Shown: positions 29,858-41,800 of the stretch, piece after piece
How positions within the stretch are numbered: the first letter of the stretch is position 1
Layout of the letters: each line of letters begins with the position of its first letter
Virus record (IMG/VR): IMGVR_UViG_3300024289_000017
DNA length: 64,000 bases
Reading direction: 5' to 3' (one strand)
From: an uncultured virus (IMG/VR IMGVR_UViG_3300024289_000017)
Lineage: Duplodnaviria > Heunggongvirae > Uroviricota > Caudoviricetes
Notes under the pieces: model-generated
Database searches by the model: none
What the model was told of the DNA's origin: nothing
What the model saw: only the letters and a program-made list of their open reading frames with translations
Made by a program: the position numbers and the translations under genes

Positions 29858-32800
29858 TTATTGTAAAGTAGTTGAATAACCAACATATCTCAAAGGATTA
29901 ATTCTTTGGATAACCGCAGATGTTGACAAACCTGATATTCCATTATTTGTGTATGAAGTAAAAGATTTTGGTCTCTTTCTAACAGTGGTATTTATTTTAC
30001 CCCAACTATATTCGCCATAGAAAGCACTATATCCCATTCCAGATAATCCATTATAACCTAAGACACTTACAATCACTCTTGACACATTTGTTACTCCAAT
30101 TCCAGGAACACTTGTCTGTGCTATGGAAACTGATGCAACTTTGTAAACATTGTCCAAACAAGATGTCCCAACTCCAACTATTGAAGAGGATGAATCTAGA
30201 GATGTTATTCCATAACCAATGTTAGAATTAAAAATAGTAAAGTAATAGTCTGTTTTAATTCCACTTATTCCTGTAGTAGCTACTCCAACATTAATATTTG
30301 TGTTTCGTAAGTAGGACTCTGTTGGTACAAATAAATCAAATATAATTCCAGTTGAAGCTATTCCAACAGATGTTGTCTGAACACCAACAATAATTCCAAA
30401 ATCACCTTCATAAGTAACATCTTCAATTTTTTCTGTTTTGGGTGATGGATAAGAAATTAAAACATAAGGTGGTTTCGATTGAGTATATCCAGATCCTGGG
30501 TTTGTAATTGTGAATGAAGTTACAATCCCCGATGATATTGATGATGTCACTAAACAAGTGCTTCCAATTCCAGTAGGAGATGAAATAGTAACAGATGGTG
30601 ATGTGGTAAATCCAAGTCCGCCATTTGTTAACGAAATAGCAGATATTGTTCCTGCAATAGAAACTACTGCCGTAGCAGATGCTCCAACTAAACTATCTTG
30701 AGATGTTATTAATATTTTTGTTTTATATGGAACCGTTGCATTTTCTCTTAGGTCATCGAAGAAAATCTTTGCATTTTGTACAAAAATCTCTGTCGAACCT
30801 ACACTAACATTCTGTATAATATTAGTGGTTGGTTGAATTAATGACTCATATAAAATTCTATCTTTGCCAACTTCTTTTCCATTGACAATCTTATCTTCGG
30901 TTTGTTTACACCAAACTACAGGTCTTACTAAATTTTCATCTAAAGATAGTCCAACATCTGAATATGGATTAGTCTCAACGCTATCTGACGAAACAATATC
31001 AGTTACTAATCTTTCATTCTCTTTCAATGAAATAGAATCGCCGTTTATCCTCAGATTATCTCCAACTTTTACAGATTCTAGAATATCTGCAAAAACAACA
31101 TCAACTTGACTGGTTCCTTTGTAGAATATAATCTTACAAGAATCACCTTCTTTTGGTGCTTCCGTAAATGTAATTATACTTCCGCCATTAAATATGTAAC
31201 CAGATCCTGGAACTTGTAAAATATCATTAATAAAAACTAATAATGTTGACTGTACATCAATACTCGATCCGCTTAAAGATCTAATGGCTGTTTGAATTCC
31301 ATCTATTTTAATTGGGAAATTTCTTCTTCTGCCATTAAATAAATTTTCTACCTTATCAATAACTTGAAAATCTCCAATTGACCATCCAGAGAACTGGTCA
31401 GAAAATACCTGATCAATAGTAATCTCAAAATTTCTAAATGGTTTTGTTGGATCTGTAGGAATTCCTACCAATCCACCAACAGGAACCGTTAATAATTCTG
31501 ACACTTTATATGCATAACCAAGATTTTTAATTTCAAAATTAACCACACTGGATCCTTGACCAACTATTATGTCTATGGTTGCCTGTGTTCCAACACCAGA
31601 ATATCCACCTGAATATACTAAAGGAATATCTGAATAATTTAATGGACTTTCAAAAACAACAGTTGGTGGATTTGATGTTGTATAACCAGATCCGGGATTA
31701 GTTATGATAACATTATTTGATATATGACCTGACAAAATTGTAGCAAAACCAACAAATTGATAATTAAGGAGTCCAGTACTTGAAGTTTTAACTCCAACAT
31801 CAACCAGACCAACCATTGGAGAATTTAGAGATATTAATGCGGTTGCATCTTTACTAATTATTTGACTTGTTGTACTTGCCGCACCAATTGTAATATAAGT
31901 AGACCCAACAGAAACAATTGGCACATTAACTAAAACAGATCCTATTCCAATAGTATTTGCTGATGAGAATAAAAGTTTTCCAAATACACCATCAATATTA
32001 TCGATAGGTATAATTGTCTGACCTGATCCGACCGTAGTTGAAACCTTAGTTATAATTTCATATTTTAGTGAAGATCTATATCCAGATCCAGTATTTCCAA
32101 TGCTGATTGATGAAATAGTTCCGGCAGAAGAAACTATCGAAGTTCCACCTGCAGAAACTAAAGGTTGGTAACCAAATCCTTGTGTAGAACCTACAGAAAT
32201 TATAATACCACCTCTAGGTATACTAGAAGTATTAATATCATATGCAGTAGAAGATATATTTCCAGTAAAACCAATTGTTGTTATACCAGAGTTTTCTTCC
32301 AATTTATAATCACCAAAAATATTAATGGATCCAAGTCTTTGTGGTTCCTGGAATACATTATTGATTAAAATAACCGCAGATGATCCAGATGTTGATAAAC
32401 CGGAAACATTTGACCCAGAAGATTTTAGAGTAAACTGAGTAGAAACTCCACTAAACTGTTCATCTAAACTATCAAAAACATAGTTAGTTTTATATGTGTC
32501 TTCGTTTGAATTTTCTATACCAGATCTTAAGAAAACTCTTCCACTAAAAGTTGATCTTGTAGTAATACCTGTAAAATCTCTGGCATCTGGTCTATTTGTT
32601 ATTGTTCCAATCGGAGAATTTCCGTAAGGTGCGTCAATAAAATGAATTGTATTATCTACAATATTATAATTGCCCATGATCTTAGTTACAAGAGACCCAT
32701 TAGAGTGATCGTCTGGATTTGTTCCCATCCAACCACGAGAAACTAAAAGTACATTTGTGCTACCAAAACCTACTGAATTTACTTTTACAATCTCGTCATC

Positions 32801-35800
32801 AATCTTTAATAAATCTCCTCCAAATATAGAACTTATACCGGAAAGTGAGATTGTTTCTTCATTTAATTGAGAAAGATTAGATAATGTAGTAGTTGTTGAA
32901 GTCGAAACAATTGGAGATTGAATAAAATTATCAATACTTATTAAACATTTACTGTTTTGCTTTGTTGAGGTAAATGTATGTGTTGTGCCAATACCTACAG
33001 AAGTTAAAATTAAAGGTTCTGGTATTGGTTTTAGGGCATTTTCTGCAGATGCGGACAATCTTATACTCAAGTCATTAACTTTTATTGCATATACTGTTGA
33101 AGGAACTTTATCAGTGGTTCCAATGCCAGCAATAGTTGTAGTAGCAATACCAATTTTTTCTCCACCACCAGAATTATATACCAATTCTTCTCCAGTAACG
33201 AAGAAGTGTTTTGGTAATCTGATCGTATTATTTTCAATATTAACTATTGATGTGTCTGAAGAATCTATTCTTCTTTGGAAAATTGGAGTTTCTTTATGTT
33301 TTAAGTCAAATGATTTTTTAACACTGTTAAATGTTCCTTCATAGCTAGAGAATCTGGAAAGAATATTTGCATTATTAAAATTATAAAATTCAAAAGAATT
33401 TGAGGTATCAACAACACGCATTGCATGTTGATAAACTCTAACATCGACCGATATGTTAGGATCTGCGGTAAAATAAAGATTTGTCCCAGTTGACCCAATT
33501 CCTGCTCCTATTGTCCCAATACCGGATCCAGAAACTGTTTCAATTGTACCATATTCAAGCAAATAAGTTTCACCTCCATCATCTACTAATACAACCTCAG
33601 ATGCTTTATATCTGTTGTTTGTAGTATCCTCAGCAACTATAAAATAGTAAGCGCCAGAATGATTTGTATCGTAGGTTGATATTTTTGTTTCTGTGGGACT
33701 TGCTGAAGATAAAATAGAAGTATAAGTGGACTTTAATTCACCTGTATTGAATGTGAGATTTCCAGAAGTTACTGCAGATGAAGTGCTTCCAATAGAAATT
33801 CCTAAAGTATTTGCAAAATATGTAGTGCCAACACCAACATTAGGGGTAAAGTCCAGATTTATAACAGATCCGGAAATATATGCAGAATAAGTTCCTATTG
33901 AATCTAAACCACTGTACGCAAGTCTATTTGCATTAGAAAGTCTTCCATATTCGGTAATATTTACATTAGTACCATCATGAATAAGAGTTAATTCGCTAAA
34001 TTCAAAGTAAGTTCCATCAGATGCGGTCAATTCAACTAAAACTTTTGAAGATCTATAAGAAGATCCAATTCCAACAATTGTAGTTGTTGTACTTGGTGGT
34101 ATTACTGCCCTTGAAGATTCTAATGTTGCGATATTTCCTAAAGATGTATTTCCAACACTTGAAACAGAATCAGAAATACTGTAAGACATAACACTAATAT
34201 CATAATCATTTATAGTGTAATTAATTGGATAAAATCTCAATATTCCCTGAGAACCTAAAATAGAAAAATCGAAGGATCCTAAATCGTAATTAGATGAAAC
34301 TTTTCCATACTGAAGCATATATGATTCCAGTTCATCTTGCACTAGAGAGACCAAACATATTTGTCGGAGTCCGCTAAATTTTTTATCTCTAACATATGTT
34401 ACATATTTTTTGGCTCTTATAGTTGATAGGACAAAAGACTCTATGTTCGAATAAGTATCTGTTTTTGGAATATTGCTAAATTGATCGCTAAAATCATCGA
34501 CTAGTAATACTCTATTTCCTATAGACTGAAGTTCATCCTGTAAAGAAATTGAACTGAATGCAATTTCTTTTGAGAAATAATTCGAATCAATAGTTATAAC
34601 TCTTTCCTTCACTAAATCGTAATCATTTATGCAATTTAAGTCAACTTCGGAAACTAAGTCTGCAATACCGATAAAATTGCCTTGATCTTGAACTGTTGAT
34701 ATTCCAGTAAATCCGGAATCAACAGATTCTGCGACAAGATCTCCAAATTTTTTGAATCCAGATGTATGATTTAAGTTTCCAATAGATTTATTCCAAGTTT
34801 CATAATCTACCTTTGATTTTATAGCATAAGAGAAGTATTGATAATAATTATTATCTGGAGTAACTTGAAATTGGTTATTCAAAAATCCAACTTCATCTTC
34901 CCATCCTTGATTTACAACTGAAGATCCATCAACAGAATAAATTGCAATAAGATCTTCTATTTTCGTTATTATACCTTTAGTGTTGGAAGTTTCTCCTCTG
35001 ATAAAGACTCCTGTATTAAAATAATCTTTACTTGTTATTTTCAACTGCTCAGAATATTGATTCCAATTCAAAACATTGCCATAAGAAGAATCGCTAGTAA
35101 CTTTTTCTCCTTTAATAAACTTTCCTTTTTCTAAAACAGGATCAAATATTGGGAAGTATTTACTTGGTACAATTATTGCTGCAGAATTTTCTTCATCAAA
35201 AGTCCCCGGATTTTCATTTACCCCCAAATAATTAGATAAGTTATATACAACAGTTGCGCCAGATCCACCATACTGTGGATTAACTGATGTCAATGTAAAT
35301 AATTCATAATTGTAGTTTTTAGAGTTATATCCTCTGAATGAGGTTGAACCCGAACTAATAATATTTGCACTTTCAACTAAAATTTTATCACCTATTGAAA
35401 GAGGAAATTCTTGACCATAACTAAAATTAACAGCCAATTCAACAGTAACATCTTTTGTTGTACTGTTAAATGTTATGTTATTAACTGGAATTCCATTGGA
35501 ATTATTGACTGGTAAGATTTTTGGAGTTGCATCGTAAATACCATCAGTATTTTTTAAAATATTTACTTTTTTATTAAGGATATCATATTCTAAATCAATA
35601 TCCGTAACTACTTTATTAGTATAAGAGTCTATAACGACTAACTTTGGTGAAAGTGTGTAATTAATACCAACTGAAGATACGCCAACTGACTTAAAAGTTG
35701 ATGATGGATTGATGGTTAAAATTTGAGGAAGTTTTGCAGAAGGTCTTAATGTTGTATCTGCAGAATATTCAAACCCAATATCATCAATTTCTATTTTTTT

Positions 35801-38800
35801 AATAGAACCTATATCTGTACTAGATATATTAAATATTGCACCTCTTCCAGTGTTACTAATAACACTGGTTATTCCTGGAACAGAGGAATAATTTCTGCCG
35901 CCAGATCTTAATTCAAGATCTTCAATGCAACCTGTTACATTTTTTGAATTAGTATAATATTCAAAAAATCCATCAGATTCTGTGTAAGATAAACTTTCTG
36001 GATATGTTAAAATATTAAATTTAAATGTTGTCTGACCAACACCTAAGATTGTATGATATCCCGAATAACCGCTATTTGTTAAAGAAAGTTTGTTATTATT
36101 TCGGACTTCATCATCAGTGATTATTTCTTTCTTTATTGAACTATTGCTAAGTAAGTCAATAGGAACCAAAGAATAATACAAATCAAAATTTAAATTATTG
36201 GTCGTTAAAGTGACTATAGCATTTGATCCAATTTTGCCTGATTTTACAATTTCAAATTGAGAAGAATCCGTTGTTTTTTTGAATTCTTCACTAAAACTAG
36301 GATCAAAATATAATTTAAAGTCAAAAGCTGGGTAAGAATTTTGATCCTTAATATATGATAAGGAACTATCAGAAAGATCAAATCTAACAACTTGATTGGG
36401 TATTACATTTAGTTCTGGATTGACTAAAGAAATTGTACCAAAAGAAGCACTCGTAAAATCTATAATCTCTGGAATAGTTTTAGTAGAGTTATAGTATGAT
36501 GAAGATAATTTAATCCTATCCTTATCAAACCTTACGATATAATATATTTGATTGTCTAAAAGTCCACCAATTGGAGTATTGGAAGAATAAATTATTTTTT
36601 GTCCAGTATAATACCCGTGATTTGGGATATTAATTGTATTATTTGTGATGTTTACTTTTGATGAAATAAATGATACCGGATTAATTACTAATCTTCTATG
36701 TTTATCGTTATATTTTACTGTAATAGTAGTAGTAATACCAGGTAAAGAATTCATGTAAATTACTTCACCATTACTTAACCCATGAGACGATGCCGTAGAG
36801 ACTGTAATAGTATTTTTTACAATTTCTCCACTTAAGACATTATCATAATTAGTTTTAAAACTATGATTTACTCCAGAACCAATATTAATAAAATATAATA
36901 ATGATGCAGATATGCTACTATCTATTCCGACGAAAGAACCAGTAGAACCTAGACCTACTCTATAAGTGGATATTCCTACCAAATCATTCGAAATTTTAGT
37001 TGCATATAACACCTGATTGTCTGCTAATTGGAAATTAACAGAACCATCATCAGAAACATAAAAAGGCGATCCACCATTACTAGAATATATTAATTCAGTT
37101 CCAGTATCTAAAGAATGATTAGGCAAATACATTGTTTTGGTTGGAACAAAGATATTTGTAATCCCAGCTCCAGGATTTGAGAAATATATTGTAGAACCAA
37201 TACTAGCTCCAGAAGAAGAACCTATAGATAAAGACTCTTTAGGATCAAAGTAAATAGTCTTATTTAAATTATAATTTTGATTCTGACCGTTAATAGAATT
37301 TACAACAAATTTTCTAGTTTGCTCATAAAGAACAGATGTTGCCGTGTGAGATGCTCCAACTGTAGAATCATATTCTCTAATCACTTTGATTCTTGACGAT
37401 AATTTATCGATAGATAAAATTCTTACTTTTTCATCATCAATTTTATAAATGTCATTTTCCCTAATATTTGGGAAATTCAACGATCCATTTACCTCAAAAT
37501 AGGTTACTATTCCAGTAGCAGAAGAAGATCCTACAGATTTAGATAAAATTAAAGTATCAGATCTAATTCCAACTTCAAAAAGACTGTCAAAATCTTTTGA
37601 AGAAGTGCTCAATCCTGATATAGAAATTATATCTTTGTTAAAAAGACTATGTGGCAGTGTGCAGAATCCAATGAATTTACCTGTAGAGTCGTATGGATAA
37701 AATTCTACTGATTGCGAAGAAGTTGAAGCAAAACTAATATTTTTAATTGATTTTCCTTTTACATATGAAACATGCGCATATGCATCAGATCCCCCAGAAT
37801 TAAAATTATTAAATCTTACGAGATCTCCAACTTTATATCCAGATCCTCCTGTTACAATTCCTATATTTGATATTCTTCCACTAGTGGAAGATTTTACTAT
37901 TGAAACTGGTTCTTTAACTTTAATTGGGTTGAAAACAAAATCGTAGTTTGAAGTATTGCTAGTAAATTTATAAGGTGTAGTATTTCTTAATAACTGCTCA
38001 GAAACAAAGTCAAAAGTATTTTGACTTATACTCCTATCATAATTGAATTGGATTGAATCTGATTTAAAAGTATTTCCAATTAAATATGGAAAGACTGGTT
38101 TTTTATAGTTCTTGAAAACTCCATCAGTCTCTGTTGGTCCATTATTAATAGTTGCGAAATATGCATAAACTCCATTTGGATATTCTGGAGTAATACAAAA
38201 TCTTCCATTATGTCTATCCAAATCACCCGAACCATTGAATTGATAATCTTCGACAAAAAAACCTTCAGAATAAATTCTATTTCCTGAAGATATTGGATTT
38301 GGTCTGTCACTTGATGGTTGATAAACATATCCAGATACCATCTCTCTAATATTTCCACTACCAGAAGGATTATCATATCCATATGGTCCATAAATTGGAT
38401 TTCCGTCATATGCCCATCCAATAATAGGAGAGTGTACATATGATGTTACTTCTCTACTATTTGATAATTTCAAATCTGCAACATAAGTTTTTTTACCATT
38501 TACATAATCAATACCAAAAACACTTCTCCTCAATTTTCTTGGTGCATATAAATGACAATATTGGGATCCGTTTATTGTATATGAAGATACATCAATAATT
38601 CCATCGTCATCTAAAACTTTTTTAGATTCCAAATACTGCTGAACTTTGTTAATAGTCCAAGATTTTATTTTGGTCTCACATTTAAAGTTTTGACCAGATG
38701 GAACAACATTTACATAAGTGCTTGATGTAGTAAATCCAGATCCTCCATTTACTACTTTTACTTCTACTATTTTGCCATTATTAATTACTGGAGTTAAAAC

Positions 38801-41800
38801 TGCTCCTGTTCCAATACCCAAAATATTAATATTTGGTGGTGCAGTGTAACTATTTCCCTGATTTAAAACTAAAATTTCAGTTATTCTACCATTATTAATT
38901 ATCGGAGAAAACTGAGCTCCAGAACCAATACCTAGCGTTATTCTGGGTTGTCTTTCATAGTTAATGATTTCCGAAGATCCATACCCAACTCCAGGATTTT
39001 TAACAAAAAGATTTGTGATACTTCCTCTAAAAATAGGTTGCAATTTAGCATTAAAATTTTGTCCCGTTAATGTAGAGACTCCTATTTTGCCAGTTATTTG
39101 TACATTAATTTCTGGGTAGTTGAAACTATGTGTCGAAGAACCAGAAGAGACGAAATTAATATATTGATTTGTTCTATAATAAAAATCTTTATTAGTAGTG
39201 GCAATTCCCACTAAAGAAAGTCTAAATTCATCTTTATTCAATTTAGTAATATAATATGAATTGTTATCAGACAAACCCCCAACAGGTGTTTCAGAAGAAT
39301 TGTAAACTACAATTTCTCCACTTTCATATCCATGATCAAATATTTTAATAGTGTTTGATGAGGTATTAATGCCAGATGATGAACAAAAAGTTTGTTTATT
39401 TGTATACCCAAATCCAGAATCTATTACATTAATACTGGATATTTTTCTTTTTGTAAGAACAGATTCAAAGGCATGAATTCCTGAACCATGAGATGTTAAA
39501 TCTATAGTGTTTATTCCGGAAACAGCATCATTAAAAGTCTTATGAAGCTTTATATTGTATGCATCTTGAACTGAAGCATAATATTGAGCATTAGTTGATA
39601 GACCACCGACAGCAGTAGAACCATATGTCAAATACACAATATTTTCATAATCTCTAAATTTGTGGTAGCTAGAGAATCCAATTGTATTGTTTGCAAGATT
39701 TACTAATCCCGAAGAACTATCTGAAATAAAAGAAACATTGTGTTTAAACGGGGTTAAATTTGGTTTGGCGTAAGCACCATAACCATTTCCTCCGGTTATT
39801 GTTATCACAGGTTCTTCAACATAATCAAATCCACCATCTAGAACATCAATTCTTTCTAAAGAACCATTTACATGAGTAATTAAAGATGCGCCTATACCCA
39901 AAGAATCTTCTACAACTGCGATAGGCGGATTAATAACATCAAAGTTTTCTCCACCCGTTATTACATTAATTGATTGAATACCTCCATAATAAACTTTATC
40001 GTCAGATTTATAGTTATATGCCTCTACACCATTGACAAAAACTCCAATGGGACCAACTGGAGTTTCTTCATTTCTACCACTAGTAGAAGATTGTGTTATA
40101 TTTTTTACATAATTTTGTGGTGATAACGAAGCATTTTCAAATTTTAATTTTCTAAAAATATTATCTGTGACAGTACCAGAAACTGTTACAAACTTATTTT
40201 TAAATAAATCCGATTTGCTATTAGATAATTTTATTTTTGTATTGTCTATTCTTTTAACATAATATACTTTTCCCAAAATATCCAAAGAATTTACAACACT
40301 TTCATCATTTTTGATGTAAATAATTGCATCGCCAGTATAAAGACCATGTAAATTATTTGGATTACCTGAACTTAAATCTAAAGTTTCTTGATTGAAAGAT
40401 CCCGAAAAAATAATATCCGTATTTTTTATTTGAATATCTTCATTTAAATAATCTGGAATAGAATTTGCTGCGACATAAATGTTATTTTCATCTTTAATGT
40501 AAACATTTTGAATATTTGCAGTACTATCATTTATAAATTTAAAGTTGGAAAATCTTGGTTTTTTTAATTTTCTTTGAATGGTATATCTTAAATTTAAATT
40601 TTCAACTTTTGGTCCTTCAATAGATATACTCTTTTCGTTATCTATACCAACTACATTATATAAAAGTTTAATTCCACCTGAAGATAGTAAATCTGCAGAG
40701 TCTCCTAGGGAAAAATTATGATCATCATAAGTTGTAATGTTATAAGAAAATGTATTTTGAGTTATATTGGATGCAGTTGGTCCCTTTATTTCTTTTACAT
40801 CGTAACTGTTAACTACATTAAATTTCCAAGTGTTCGGTAAAACACCCTTTGCTTCATATCCTAAAGTAATTGTTTTTATTGGATCACCTTTAGTCATTGA
40901 AGAGTTAAGTATACTGTAGGATAAATCTGACAAAACTCCAGTAATTCTGACTTGTATAATCGAATTATCTGATGCATATGCATATGCATATTGATTTAAT
41001 TTTATATCTGTACCTTCAGGAACAATAATATCCGATAGAGGAGTTATAAAAAATTGGTTTATATTTTTATATGAATATTTTGTTTTATAATCCACTCCAT
41101 TTACATTAAATATTAGCTCTCCATAACTTGGAAATCCCAAAGTAGAATCTACATCTATAAAATACTGATTCTGTTTTATTTCTGAAACATTTTTTGTTGA
41201 TGGATGAATATAGAAATTACCATAAATCGAACCCTGAACATTGATGTCTTTATTGTAATCAGAATCAATACTCAAAACATAGTATGTTTTATTTTGTCTT
41301 ACTATTTTTTCAACTTTTGAAACGCTACCGTAAGCTTTACCGTGAAAATCATTCTCGTCCTGATAGAGAGTTCTATTCTCCAAATCAATTGGATTTCCTA
41401 GAATAGATTCTACTACTATCTGCTTAGAAACTCTATATTTTGAATCTGAAGGTTTTAGAAGAAAATCTCTTGGTTTTACTACGCTTACATCTTCGCCAAA
41501 TAGAGCTTTGAATATTAATTTATAGGAATCATCAGTTCCTTTTGATTTGTAAAAATCTTTTGCCTGCAGTAAAAAATTTTTTTCGTTTAAACCGTCAGCA
41601 AAAGTTCTATTTTCAAATCCAGGAAGCAACTGTTTTTTTATTTTAAATAAAAATTCTTTTAAAAATAAAGAACTTAAATTTAAAACTTTTGTGTTAGTAG
41701 TATGTGTTGAAATACTTGATGTGGAGAATACTAACTGATCTGGATTATTGCTTGAATGGTAAGATGTTATACCACTAAATCCTCTAGTACAATTATTAAA